A DNA stretch of 64,000 nt, from NCBI GenBank assembly GCA_043745805.1, contig JAYTSD010000004.1, positions 213,150 through 277,149 on the forward strand. Direction: 5' to 3'. The position numbers were made by a program, and so were the translations under genes. Below are positions 41,721 to 52,014 of this stretch, piece by piece (within the stretch, counting starts at the first letter, position 1; every line of letters begins with the position of its first letter). The DNA is from Fibrobacteria bacterium (GTDB lineage Bacteria; Fibrobacterota; Fibrobacteria; UBA11236). The notes beneath the pieces were generated by a model. It did no database searches. It saw only the letters and a list, made by a program, of their open reading frames with translations, and was not told where the DNA came from.

Positions 41721-42248
41721 ATGAAGCTTGATCCTGAAGATGAAATAACAGAAAGCTCGGCTCCTTGGGGCGTTTTGCTATTAGCATTTTTGAGCGGTAT
41801 TTTCATTGCTTATTTCGGATTAAAATCCACCCTTGAAGATATTCACGAGCTCAAGCATTTGACTAGCTTCGACACTTACACGGCCACCGAAGGTCGCTTC
41901 TTGCAAGTTAAAACGCGCGCCGACACCGCCAGTCCCGAAGATTATTATCCGGATATTCTTTTCGAATATTTTGTGAATGGAAAAAGTATTTGGGGATGGC
42001 GCTTGAGCTATGAGGAAGTGAATAAGCCGAAAGCTTATTGGGAAAATCGTTTGCGAAACTATACAGTAAATCAAAAGACTACCGTTTACTATAATCCGCT
42101 CGATCCTAAAGACTCTATGGTGGAAAAGAAGAATGATGGTTTGCTCAAGCCTATTTTAAAATTATTGGGTGGATTAGCTTTTGTGATTTTCGGATTATTT
42201 CTCTTTTATATACCGCTCAATACTTGGCTGCACCAAGGGTTTCGCTAA
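41721..42248 (+). CDS. DUF3592-like membrane protein
   Basis: TM, then T.G...YYP.I.FEY.V.G...VYYNP.DP..S, then TM. Confidence 0.7.
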   Translation: MKLDPEDEITESSAPWGVLLLAFLSGIFIAYFGLKSTLEDIHELKHLTSFDTYTATEGRFLQVKTRADTASPEDYYPDILFEYFVNGKSIWGWRLSYEEVNKPKAYWENRLRNYTVNQKTTVYYNPLDPKDSMVEKKNDGLLKPILKLLGGLAFVIFGLFLFYIPLNTWLHQGFR

Positions 42249-42316
42249 GCTTTCAAAATGCCTAGCCTAGTCCCAAAGAACTAGGACAACCTAGCGAACC
42301 TATATGTGAACTGATA

Positions 42317-42739
42317 CTATTTTAACACCGTCCCTAGGCCTTGCAATTCTTCCGGAGCTAATACTCCTTTCACAATTTTTTGAGCTTCAAATTGCGCCGT
42401 AACCGTATCACCTTTATTTAAAGCGACTTTAGCCTTCTCTGCGGCATCCTTAGAACGTTCTTGCATATTCTCTATCGAATCGAGTCGAGCATAAATTAAG
42501 CTGTCATTTTTAGAGGTTAAATACTGAGCCGTTTTCAATTTTTCATAATGTTGTTTTGCGGGCAAAAACTCCCCTTTAGTAAAAAGCGAATCCGCAGTAC
42601 TAAAGCTATGCAGTGAGGATTTTTTTTGGAATTGATAATAAGCGGTAAATCCACCGATAATAACTATCAAACCTATTCCTACTACCCAATCCCAAAAGGA
42701 GGATTGACTTTCCTCACCATCTTTATCTAAAAAACTCAT
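42317..42739 (-). CDS. Hypothetical membrane-anchored TPR-like protein
   Basis: Single TM, ADSLF..GEF..A...Y pattern; AAGGAG RBS. Confidence 0.7.
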   Translation of the reverse strand: MSFLDKDGEESQSSFWDWVVGIGLIVIIGGFTAYYQFQKKSSLHSFSTADSLFTKGEFLPAKQHYEKLKTAQYLTSKNDSLIYARLDSIENMQERSKDAAEKAKVALNKGDTVTAQFEAQKIVKGVLAPEELQGLGTVLK

Positions 42740-42780
42740 AACTCTCCTTTTCAGTCCGGCACAAAGTTAAAAAAAAGCGC

Positions 42781-43473
42781 CTAAGTCGGAATAGCTTGAA
42801 TGCGTTTCAACCAAAAGGATTGTCCTTCGCTTAATTGAGGTTGAAACCCGTATTTTAGCATTTTTTTCGCTAAATAAAGCCATGGAAATCCGCAGATGAT
42901 TAACCCTAAAGACCACAATAATTTGGCCAAAGAAAATCGACTGCGAAGTGTGAGTTGCAACGTAAAAGCACGGGTTTCAAAATCATAATGTATGGGAAAA
43001 TTCATAACTGGAAATGCTGAAAGCGTCGCTAACCAAGCAGCCATCTGTCCTAATCGCATGGGATCGCCATCGCTTAATTTTAAATAGTGCACTCTTATTT
43101 TTAGCAATTTAAAAATTCGCGCCACAAGCTTCAGGCCATAAGCGCCGAGGATTTTCCATGTTCGCCAGTCCAAAAATAATTTCAACAGCATTTGACGAAG
43201 TCTTTTTTTAAAAGGCATGCGCAATTTGGGAGTTTGCACAAAACCCGCTTGCGATGAAAGCTTGCTTATCAAGGACAAGGACGAGGAGATTTTTTGCGGT
43301 GTGTCGTGTTCCGGAAAAGCAATTGCATATTTCCATTTTAAAAAACTTATTTCAAAATGACCAGCCGCATGAAAAGGGAAATTTAAATGAAGACTAATAG
43401 TAAAGTGTAATGCAAAAAGTAGGAGGCACAATACTCCTAATAGCAATCCGCCCATGGCGAAAAGCCAAATCAA
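42781..43473 (-). CDS. Hypothetical membrane protein
   Basis: 230-aa ORF overlapping the upstream stop (TTGA), with hydrophobic termini. Confidence 0.6.
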   Translation of the reverse strand: MIWLFAMGGLLLGVLCLLLFALHFTISLHLNFPFHAAGHFEISFLKWKYAIAFPEHDTPQKISSSLSLISKLSSQAGFVQTPKLRMPFKKRLRQMLLKLFLDWRTWKILGAYGLKLVARIFKLLKIRVHYLKLSDGDPMRLGQMAAWLATLSAFPVMNFPIHYDFETRAFTLQLTLRSRFSLAKLLWSLGLIICGFPWLYLAKKMLKYGFQPQLSEGQSFWLKRIQAIPT

Positions 43474-44159
43474 GTTTTAGCCTTGGCCTTTGCTTTTGTT
43501 GCTGCGGCTTTCGGTTTTGCAGCCTCGCTTACTTTGGCCAGCTCGCCTTTGCTTTTCTTTTCCAACTTTGCAATTAATCCATCAATAGTATTAGTTTGCA
43601 AAATTTTCTTAAACTGTTCGCCATAATTACGTGCCGTACTTAAATCATCTATTACTAAATCCCATGCCCGCCAAGCACCCTCTTTTTTAAAGAGCTTATA
43701 AACGATGATGCTTTCTTGACCTTTAGAAAATACATGCGTGGTAACACTTAAATGATCCGTTTCGCCTTCGGGTTTTTCGTATTGAGTAGAATCGTTTTGA
43801 TACACTTCTAATTTTTTTACCGAAGCATTTTCCACCATTTGTTTAAAGGCTTTTACAAAGCGACTTTGTTGATTTGGATTCAGAGTTTTCCAAGTTTCAG
43901 CACCTAAAGCTTTTTTTCCCAATTCTTCGAAATCAAAAATATCATTGATCAAAAATTTAATCTTATCCGTTTTTTTACTGCTGTCTTTGTCTTTCAAAAG
44001 TTTTTGTAATTCCGCATCTTTTTTTTGAATCATTTGCACCGGCTCATCCATAGCCACAGCAAAACTTAATGAACTCAATAAGCTTGCGCTTAATCCAAGC
44101 GTTAATGCGAAAAAAGCGAAAGCTCTATTTTTAAAAATCTGCATATTTTCCTCAAACAT
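43470..44159 (-). CDS. mlaC: MlaC/Ttg2D-family phospholipid-binding protein
   Basis: FDFEELGKKALG..W, W...DLVIDDLS..RNY..QF..I.....IDGLI..L. Confidence 0.85.
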   Translation of the reverse strand: MFEENMQIFKNRAFAFFALTLGLSASLLSSLSFAVAMDEPVQMIQKKDAELQKLLKDKDSSKKTDKIKFLINDIFDFEELGKKALGAETWKTLNPNQQSRFVKAFKQMVENASVKKLEVYQNDSTQYEKPEGETDHLSVTTHVFSKGQESIIVYKLFKKEGAWRAWDLVIDDLSTARNYGEQFKKILQTNTIDGLIAKLEKKSKGELAKVSEAAKPKAAATKAKAKAKT

Positions 44160-44179
44160 TTTTATGTCCCAGTTTTGCC

Positions 44180-45631
44180 CTATTGGGCAGAAGTTACGGT
44201 ATTCAAACTATGAAAATAGTCAGTGAGAGTCCATCCCACGGCTTTAATCACTTTACTTACCGCCAAATTATACTCCAAAACTGCTTCGTAAAAATCCTTT
44301 TTGGCATATAAAGAGGTTTTATAGGGCGAAAGCATATCTTTCGCTAAAGTGGGATCCAAATCATATTTCATAGCTGCGGCTTTTAACCAAGCCTCAGCAG
44401 CGCGTAATGACTTTTGACTTTCTTCCACGTTTTTTTTGGCACTTAAATATTGTACATAGGCTTCTGCCGTTTTAAGCAATAGGCCTTTGGCGGCATAAGC
44501 CTCTGTCCTTTGCAACTGGGTTAATGCGATTTTTTCTTTACGGTAATTTTGATAGCGATCCCATACATTCAAATGAAATCGTAAGCCCAATCCCGCGACG
44601 GCAGTCAATTCATTGAGTGGATCAGAGGCAAAGGGATCGCCACCGCCTGATTGTCTATCCGAAGACCAAGCCTTGGTATATTTAAAATTTCCGAATAAAA
44701 AAATGTCCGGTCCTAACTCCCCCTTAGCTACCGTTAAAAGTTCTTCTCTAGCGGCCAATCCATTTTTCAGTCTTTGCAAATCGGGATGATTTTTTAAAGT
44801 CCACTGTTTTAAGGTATCCAGCGAAGGCAAAGCTTCCTTGCGCTGAAAAAGTGCTGTATCTTGTGCGACAAAATTAGTGCTTTCAGGAATTTGGATTAAA
44901 AATGCTAAACCCATTAACGATCTTTGCACACCTACATCCGCTTCATTTTGTGCTTTCAGTAAAGCATAACGGCCCGCCTTTAACTCTAACAAATCCGTTT
45001 GTTTCACATTATCGTCGCCATCATCCAACATTTTTTGTAATTGATTTTGGGCCTTGTCTAATTCTTTGCCCGCACTTTGCAAAATTGATAAGATCATACG
45101 CGCATAAACATGACTAAAATAAAGTTTCTGTGCCTCCTCCGAAACATCCATTTTTTCTTTTTGAAATTGCGCTTCCGATATTTTTATATCATAGCTGGCC
45201 GCCCTATGACCCGCATTATAACGCGCAAAATTTAAAGGCTGCACGGCGCTAAACTCTACCCCAAAATAAGGACCCCAATTGCGAAAATCATAATCCTTAT
45301 GTGAACCCGTTACCGGAAAAGAATCAATCCCACTTAAAGCATACCCCGAAGTATCTCGCACATTATTTAATCCGGGCGCAGGACCTACCGCTAAATCCGT
45401 TTGAAACTTCGGCAAAATAGCTGCCATTTCCAAAGCTTTTAGTTTCTGTTCCGTTTTTTCAATTTCCAATTGCTTTTCTTTTAAAATCGGATGAAGTTGC
45501 AAAGCCTTCGCTTCGAGCGTTACATAATTCATGGCTTGATTTTGTATTGCGGAATCTAAAGGAGGTTCTGCAAAAGCTAGCGCTTGCAAAAGCATTAAAG
45601 CTAAAATGAGTAGAAGGGATTTATATTTCAT
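44180..45631 (-). CDS. TolC-family outer membrane efflux protein
   Basis: Signal peptide, duplicated A...HP.L repeats, alternating helical and beta segments, YNLAVSKV..AVG. Confidence 0.85.
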   Translation of the reverse strand: MKYKSLLLILALMLLQALAFAEPPLDSAIQNQAMNYVTLEAKALQLHPILKEKQLEIEKTEQKLKALEMAAILPKFQTDLAVGPAPGLNNVRDTSGYALSGIDSFPVTGSHKDYDFRNWGPYFGVEFSAVQPLNFARYNAGHRAASYDIKISEAQFQKEKMDVSEEAQKLYFSHVYARMILSILQSAGKELDKAQNQLQKMLDDGDDNVKQTDLLELKAGRYALLKAQNEADVGVQRSLMGLAFLIQIPESTNFVAQDTALFQRKEALPSLDTLKQWTLKNHPDLQRLKNGLAAREELLTVAKGELGPDIFLFGNFKYTKAWSSDRQSGGGDPFASDPLNELTAVAGLGLRFHLNVWDRYQNYRKEKIALTQLQRTEAYAAKGLLLKTAEAYVQYLSAKKNVEESQKSLRAAEAWLKAAAMKYDLDPTLAKDMLSPYKTSLYAKKDFYEAVLEYNLAVSKVIKAVGWTLTDYFHSLNTVTSAQ

Positions 45632-45747
45632 ATTGGGAATAATGCTTGGTTATCCTTTTTTTTAAAGATACCTTTTTGGAAGGCGCTCTCCAAATGCGGA
45701 AGCTCATAAAATGATCAAAAAATCCATCCAAAAAGATAAAGGTCACC

Positions 45748-46818
45748 TTGAAGTCCGATAAAACGCAGCTAATTGAACTTCCTTCCGAAATAAGCGCCGA
45801 ATGGATCGCAGCACAAAATGTTTTTTTAAAAAAACACGATGGCCGTGAAATTCAAGTAAATTGTGGCCAACTCCAGCGCTTAGATTCTTTATCCTTAGCG
45901 TGGCTATTGCATCTACAAACGGGTTTGGAAAAGCGAGGAGGCAAACTACTCTTGTCGCAAATTCCTCCGCATCTGCAAAACGAATTCCAAAATGCGACTT
46001 ATCCCGAAAAATTAATTCCCGAAGCGCCAGAAACCTCTTTTTTATTACGCTGGGGAGAAGGGGCTCTCGCCATTTGGGAGGAAGCACACACGTTACTCTA
46101 TTTGCTTTCGGAATCCTTATACTGGTCTACTTTAGGAGTTTTACGGCGTAAAACTATTTTGCCTGGAGAAACAGCACGCCAAATGTTTCGTTTAGGAAGC
46201 TCTGCCTTGCCCATAGTATTATTGCTTTCTGCACTTATAGGCTTAACCTTGTCTATTCAAAGTGGTATGCAATTAGAAAAATATGGAGCAGCGATTTTTT
46301 TGGCAGGCGGCATTGGTATTAGTATGCTCACAGAAATTGGACCTGTGCTTACAGCAGTGATTTTAGCCGGCCGCTCAGGCAGTTCTATCACTGCCGAAAT
46401 ATCCACTATGGTGGTGCAAGAAGAGCTGAGTGCTTTGCATACCATGGCTATTCGACCAATTCATTTTTTGTTATTGCCACGTTTTTGGGCCATGAGCCTG
46501 GCCCTGCCCTTATTGACAGTATGTTCGGTACTAATTGGCATTGGCTCCGGAATGGTAGTGGGGGTTTTGGTTTTTAAATTATCCGTACCGAGTTTTTTAA
46601 ACGAATTAAAAAATAATATAGAACTCCGTTATGTATTCCAGTGCTTAATCAAATCACTTACCTTTTCTTGGGTTATCACCTTGGTAGCTGTATCCAAGGG
46701 GTTACAAGTTCGCGGAGGCGCAGATGCGGTAGGTAAAGCCACCACCTCTTGTGTAGTGACCTGTATATTTCTTATAATTTTTGCAGACGCTATTTTTTCC
46801 TTTATCTTTTATTTCTAA
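45748..46818 (+). CDS. mlaE: MlaE-family ABC permease with N-terminal STAS (MlaB-like) domain
   Basis: LQRLDSLSLAWL STAS motif; EIGPVLTAVILAGRSGSSITAEI; GGADAVGKATT. Confidence 0.9.
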   Translation: MKSDKTQLIELPSEISAEWIAAQNVFLKKHDGREIQVNCGQLQRLDSLSLAWLLHLQTGLEKRGGKLLLSQIPPHLQNEFQNATYPEKLIPEAPETSFLLRWGEGALAIWEEAHTLLYLLSESLYWSTLGVLRRKTILPGETARQMFRLGSSALPIVLLLSALIGLTLSIQSGMQLEKYGAAIFLAGGIGISMLTEIGPVLTAVILAGRSGSSITAEISTMVVQEELSALHTMAIRPIHFLLLPRFWAMSLALPLLTVCSVLIGIGSGMVVGVLVFKLSVPSFLNELKNNIELRYVFQCLIKSLTFSWVITLVAVSKGLQVRGGADAVGKATTSCVVTCIFLIIFADAIFSFIFYF

Positions 46819-46823
46819 TCCTC

Positions 46824-47606
46824 ATGGCAAAACTGAAAATCGAAAATCTAAAAGCAGGCTATGACCACAAAATCATTTTGCAAGATGTGTCCATGGAAGT
46901 GCAAGACAAAGAGATACGCATTATTCTCGGTGGATCGGGCTGCGGAAAAAGCACCTTGTTAAAAAATATTATTGGACTAGAAAAACCCTTAGCCGGACAA
47001 ATTGAAATTTTAAATCGCAAAGTCAATTGGACCGAAGAAAAACTTCCTCCCGAAGCCATGCGTAAAATTGGGGTATTATTTCAAGGGAGTGCTTTATTAT
47101 CGTCTTTAAGTGTAGGTGAAAATGTCGCTTTGCCATTGCGCATTCATCATCCCGAGCTCTCCGATGATTTACTGGAAGAACTCGTGCATATTAAACTAGA
47201 TCAAGTACGTATGAGTCAGGCTTATCATAAAATGCCTAGTGAGCTTTCGGGTGGGATGAAAAAACGCGCCGGTTTAGCGCGTGCCATTGTAACCGATCCC
47301 GAATTGCTTTTTTGCGATGAACCTTCAGCCGGTCTTGATCCTTTAACCTCTCGCAGCTTGGATGAATTATTATTGGAATTGCGTGATACCTTAGGCTTTA
47401 CCATGGTTATTGTTACCCATGAATTAGACTCCATTAAAGCCCTTTGCGATAAAATGACTTTTCTCGAAAACGGTAAGGTGCTATTTGACGGCTCCTTTTC
47501 AGAGGCTAAAAATAATGGTCCCGAAGCGGTTAAGAATTTTCTGGACAGGCATGCTGCCCCAAATAATCGAATAACGAAAACCCCAGCTTTTCATTGGACA
47601 AATTAA
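46824..47606 (+). CDS. mlaF: MlaF-family ABC ATPase
   Basis: GGSGCGKS, LFQGSALLSSL, PSELSGGMKKRAGLARA, DEPSAGLDP. Confidence 0.92.
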   Translation: MAKLKIENLKAGYDHKIILQDVSMEVQDKEIRIILGGSGCGKSTLLKNIIGLEKPLAGQIEILNRKVNWTEEKLPPEAMRKIGVLFQGSALLSSLSVGENVALPLRIHHPELSDDLLEELVHIKLDQVRMSQAYHKMPSELSGGMKKRAGLARAIVTDPELLFCDEPSAGLDPLTSRSLDELLLELRDTLGFTMVIVTHELDSIKALCDKMTFLENGKVLFDGSFSEAKNNGPEAVKNFLDRHAAPNNRITKTPAFHWTN

Positions 47607-48490
47607 TGGATCTCAGTAAAAACGAAAAAACGCGACTTGGACTTTTTATTGTCGTTGGCATTGGCCTTTTTTTAATCTCTATATTTTTTCTAGCGGGCCA
47701 AAAACTTTTTGCGCGCACGGAACATTATTTCACTCGCTTGGCCGAATCCGTAGGCGGATTAAGTCTCGGTTCACCCGTAAAACAAAATGGCGTAGATATC
47801 GGTACAATTACTTCTATACAAACCGATTCTCAAGATGTACAAAAGTCTATCGTGGGCTTTGAGGTAAATCGCGGTACACCTATGAAAGTAGATATGGTAG
47901 CGTCTTTAGGTAGCTTTGGAATTACGGGGCTTAAGTACATTGAAATAACGGGTGGAAGTTATTCTGCAGCGGATATTCCTAAAAGGGGAGAAGTTCGGTC
48001 TACCCTATCCATGCTTGGTAAACTTAGTTTGCGCGCCGATTCGATAGCTTATAAGGTGGATTTGCTTTTGGGCAATGTGGTTTCGCTGACCAGTCAAAAT
48101 AATCGCGGTAGCATTGGCCAAATTATGGAAAGCTCGGCTCGTATTAGCCAAAATTTAGACTCCTTGATATTGGACATAAGACATGCACAACCGGGGAAAA
48201 AAATGGAATCTATTCTGACTGATTTTCAAATTGCCGCTGCTGATTTCAAAAAACAAGTTGGCTCGCAAGAATACGAAAAAACCTTGATTGAGTACAAAAA
48301 AACCGCCACGAGCATGAATGAAGTTTCCAAGAAGGCGGATTTAACCGTTACCAAAATTCAAGAAGATTTATCGCAAACTATGAGTAACCTCAAAGAGACT
48401 ATGAAAAATCTCAATACCTTCAGCAGGCAAATCAAAGAAAATCCTTCTGTGCTTTTGCGCGGGGAAAATAAACAGGAACGGTCACGATGA
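47606..48490 (+). CDS. mlaD: MlaD/MCE-family protein with helical C-terminus
   Basis: TM, SVGGLSLGSPVKQNGVDIG, GITGLKYIEI, terminal IKENPSVLLRG. Confidence 0.9.
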   Translation: MDLSKNEKTRLGLFIVVGIGLFLISIFFLAGQKLFARTEHYFTRLAESVGGLSLGSPVKQNGVDIGTITSIQTDSQDVQKSIVGFEVNRGTPMKVDMVASLGSFGITGLKYIEITGGSYSAADIPKRGEVRSTLSMLGKLSLRADSIAYKVDLLLGNVVSLTSQNNRGSIGQIMESSARISQNLDSLILDIRHAQPGKKMESILTDFQIAAADFKKQVGSQEYEKTLIEYKKTATSMNEVSKKADLTVTKIQEDLSQTMSNLKETMKNLNTFSRQIKENPSVLLRGENKQERSR

Positions 48491-49188
48491 ATATTTGGCG
48501 AAGTCACTTATGCAAACATTATTCAAAGCTAAGTTTCATTTTGCTCATGCTCTTATTTTCGGGCTGCTATTTTGGGAAAACTTTAGAGTCAAGCTATTAT
48601 ATCCTAGAATACATTCCGAACATATCGGAAGCCCGCGAAACTAAAGGTGTATATCCTTATACCTTGCGTATGCGTGATTTTTCCATTGCGGAGTCTTACC
48701 GTCGTAGTCAAATTGTTTATCGTAAATCGGCATTGCAAATGCAATTTTACAGCTATCACTTATGGGCTGTAGATCCAGAACGCATGGTGAATGACATGTT
48801 AGTCAAGCATTTAAAATCAGCGCATCTTTTCGAAAACATCACTCGCTCGGTGGAAAGTTTTGCGCCCGATTTTTATCTTGATGGCGATGTACAAGCCATT
48901 GAAGAATATGATACCGAAGATCAGTGGTATGCTCATTTAGCCATAGAATATAAATTGGAGAATACCAAAACCAATCAAATTATATGGCGAAAAACTTTTG
49001 ATCTCAGAAAAAAAGTAGCGCAACAAGAGCCCATTTATTTAGTTCGCGAAATCACCACCTTATTAGAAACTATGAACAATAAAGTAGTGGAGGAATTAGA
49101 CATAGCCTTAGACGAGAATTATGTAAAAAATCTATCTTCCGATTCTCTCAAAAACAAAACTCTTCCCGCACCGTCTAGTAAACCCTAA
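48487..49188 (+). CDS. PqiC-like ABC transport auxiliary lipoprotein
   Basis: Lipobox FSGC, YYIL, IVYR...Y.YHLWA..P. Confidence 0.8.
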   Translation: MNIWRSHLCKHYSKLSFILLMLLFSGCYFGKTLESSYYILEYIPNISEARETKGVYPYTLRMRDFSIAESYRRSQIVYRKSALQMQFYSYHLWAVDPERMVNDMLVKHLKSAHLFENITRSVESFAPDFYLDGDVQAIEEYDTEDQWYAHLAIEYKLENTKTNQIIWRKTFDLRKKVAQQEPIYLVREITTLLETMNNKVVEELDIALDENYVKNLSSDSLKNKTLPAPSSKP

Positions 49189-50843
49189 TGACTAAGCGAC
49201 TATTAATTTTAGGAGTTACCCTTGTTTGGGGCATGACTTGTATTCCTGCAAGCCCTTTGCCCGATTTACCGGGTGAAGAAATTGTGAATTCGCCCTTAGA
49301 AAAATCAACCCCAAAAGAAGTTGTGGAAACTAATAAACCAGAATCTCGTAAAATAAATAATTGGATCGCACCTTCGGTAAATGAACAATTGGATCGTGAT
49401 AAGACTTTAATCCCTTTAGGTAAAGGTGCTTTATTTATTCCTACTTTTTCCGAACCTCGGAGAGAGCCCGAAGTTTCAGTTTTTAAAGGCCATCACAAAG
49501 CGGTAGCGAGCGGACAAACGGGTGAACGGATTTTAATCGATTCGGGAACTTACACGGTACGCTTGGGATCAGGAAGTTTTAATCAACAACAAGTTTGGGA
49601 AACCAGCATTAAAGAAGGTCATACCACCACCTTAGCTCCACTTTGGGGAGAGCTTATTGTGGAAACCATCAATGCTGCGGACGGGCAATATATTGAAGGC
49701 GCCTATGAAGTGATACGTATGGATAAATGGATCAATTATGGTAAAGGTCGCGGACGCAAAGAAGAGCGCTTGCAGGATATTAAAGCTTGGATTCTACCTC
49801 CGGGGCTTTATCGCATTTCTAAAGTGGGCGAAGGATACAGTTCTTATGCCAACTATATTACCGTGCAAATTAGTGAAGGCGAATTAACCTCCATAGAATT
49901 AGTTTTCGATGGCGATAAAATTACAGCGGGTGGAATCAAAGCTATTACTACTCGACAAGTGGCGGGTAAATATTGGCATTATGGTTTGCGTGCTGGAGGT
50001 AACGTTAATGTTACAAGTTCCGTAGACGAAGCCGAGCTCCGCAAAGAAAATATTCAAGTGGCCAGTGATATTCGCTTAAGAGCGAAATACGATAATACAC
50101 TTTTTTTTGGATTAAATGAAATAGTAGTCCGTAATAGTTTTATAAAAAACAATGGAGAACGTTTTACACCTTCAGATGATAAATTACAAATTAGATCGAC
50201 TTGGGTGCGACGTTTAAACAAATGGATGGGTCCTTATGTTCGCGGCCAACTAGAAACTCAACTTTTTCCCGTAAAGTCTCTTGCGGATACCGTGCATGTG
50301 GTAACAGAAAAACATGATAGCTTGGGGCGTTTATTGATAAGTAAAAATGGCGCACAGCTCTTCGATACTACGAGTACTTTTTCCTCAGGTGATTTTATCA
50401 TTCGACCCTCTTTTTATCCACTCTCTATTGTCGAAGGAATAGGCTTAAATCTGGATCTTTTTTCGCAGTATTATTTAGAGTTTTCCACGCAAATTGGCTT
50501 AGCAGCTCATCAAAAGATTGTGGGAGAAAGCTATACTCCTATTTCAAATGTCGGGTATTTAAGAAATAAATCCGAATATATTATTGGGGCTGAAAATATT
50601 ATTAATGCCAAAGTAGCGCTCAGTTCCATTTTGACTTTAGATTTACGCACTGAACTTTTTGCACCGAATGCAAATTTAGCACAGCTACGTTTGGAAGATT
50701 TAACCGCTGATTTTCGCCTTTATCTTACACGAAATTTAGAACTGGGTTACATATTCGATATTAAAGAAGTAATCGATGCACAGGAAAAAAAACATTTTCC
50801 CCATTCGCAAAATATTTCCTTGCGTTTTTCTATCAATTTTTAA
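49188..50843 (+). CDS. Putative outer membrane beta-barrel protein with periplasmic beta-sandwich N-terminus
   Basis: Signal peptide, amphipathic strands, C-terminal SLRFSINF (Bam-type signal). Confidence 0.65.
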   Translation: MTKRLLILGVTLVWGMTCIPASPLPDLPGEEIVNSPLEKSTPKEVVETNKPESRKINNWIAPSVNEQLDRDKTLIPLGKGALFIPTFSEPRREPEVSVFKGHHKAVASGQTGERILIDSGTYTVRLGSGSFNQQQVWETSIKEGHTTTLAPLWGELIVETINAADGQYIEGAYEVIRMDKWINYGKGRGRKEERLQDIKAWILPPGLYRISKVGEGYSSYANYITVQISEGELTSIELVFDGDKITAGGIKAITTRQVAGKYWHYGLRAGGNVNVTSSVDEAELRKENIQVASDIRLRAKYDNTLFFGLNEIVVRNSFIKNNGERFTPSDDKLQIRSTWVRRLNKWMGPYVRGQLETQLFPVKSLADTVHVVTEKHDSLGRLLISKNGAQLFDTTSTFSSGDFIIRPSFYPLSIVEGIGLNLDLFSQYYLEFSTQIGLAAHQKIVGESYTPISNVGYLRNKSEYIIGAENIINAKVALSSILTLDLRTELFAPNANLAQLRLEDLTADFRLYLTRNLELGYIFDIKEVIDAQEKKHFPHSQNISLRFSINF

Positions 50844-50869
50844 TTCATTTATTTTATTTAGTTTCTATC

Positions 50870-52000
50870 TCAAAAGCTTTGCGATGCTTTCTCAAGGCCC
50901 ATTGCCCGAACATAAGCTTGGGCTACTTTAGAAAAGTCCCAAGAATAATGATTAGGCTTAACCGTTATCTCTCCTTCGATCATAGCCTGCAATATTAAAC
51001 TTAATTCCTGCACATTTTGATACAATAGTAGAGGCGCGCCCTGCTCTTTTAAATACTGAGTAATTGGTAAATTGGTTGCAAAAATTGGTTTACCCAAAGT
51101 GAATAAATGTAAGGCCGAGGCGGTATTACTTTTAAATTTAAACGGACAAATAAAGGCATGGCAAAAAGAAAAGTATTCGGCAAGATCTGCTTCGGGAATG
51201 TAACCGCTAATGCTTATTCTGGATTCCAGTCCCTCCGTTAAAATTTGTTCTTGTAATGCTATCTGCAAATGACTATTAGCCCTATCGCCACCTATAATTA
51301 ATAAACCTATGTCTTCGCCTACCATATGCATAGCCTGAAAAACGGTTGCATAATCATTCGCTGGATTGAGAAAACCAAAAATCCCCACTATAAATTTGGT
51401 TTGCTTTATATTCCTTTTTTCCTGAAAGTTTTTCGCAATGACCAAAGCTTTGGTTTCGCTCACCAAATTTGGCAAAGCTAAAGGAATGGAAAGTAATATA
51501 TTTGATACTCCATTTAATTTATTTTCCATTTGCAAAATTTTTGCCGAAATCTCGGATAAAGGAATTACTTTATGCGAAAAATAGCCGTTTGCTTGAAGTA
51601 TTTTTTCTTGGTTATAATCGGAATGTCTCAAACGGTACAAAATCTTTTTCAAGATCAAAATAAAAACATTGTTAGCGCTCAAATTTCCATACGGAAATGC
51701 AAAGGGATCTTCCTCATAAACCTCATGCGGTACGACATATACCTTAGCTGGAAATTGTTTCCCTAAACGAAACATAAAATCAGAAGAAGGCATTAATCCA
51801 CATTCATATTGCACCAGAATAGCAGAAGCGGATTTTATTTCATCGCAAGAAAAAACTTTTTCAAAAGGCAAAAAAAATGTTGGCGTTAGAACCTGCAAAG
51901 CAGAAAATAATCGCGCCGTATAATCGGCTATGCCACAGGGCTGATCTTGGCCCGGTCCAATTAAAATCAACATACCTGATTGTACAATTCGGGTAGCCAA
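50870..52000 (-). CDS. Glycosyltransferase family 4
   Basis: PCGIADYT, FGFLNP, GYIPE..L, GKPIFAT. Confidence 0.8.
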   Translation of the reverse strand: MATRIVQSGMLILIGPGQDQPCGIADYTARLFSALQVLTPTFFLPFEKVFSCDEIKSASAILVQYECGLMPSSDFMFRLGKQFPAKVYVVPHEVYEEDPFAFPYGNLSANNVFILILKKILYRLRHSDYNQEKILQANGYFSHKVIPLSEISAKILQMENKLNGVSNILLSIPLALPNLVSETKALVIAKNFQEKRNIKQTKFIVGIFGFLNPANDYATVFQAMHMVGEDIGLLIIGGDRANSHLQIALQEQILTEGLESRISISGYIPEADLAEYFSFCHAFICPFKFKSNTASALHLFTLGKPIFATNLPITQYLKEQGAPLLLYQNVQELSLILQAMIEGEITVKPNHYSWDFSKVAQAYVRAMGLEKASQSF

Positions 52001-52014
52001 AAGACCCCGCCAAA

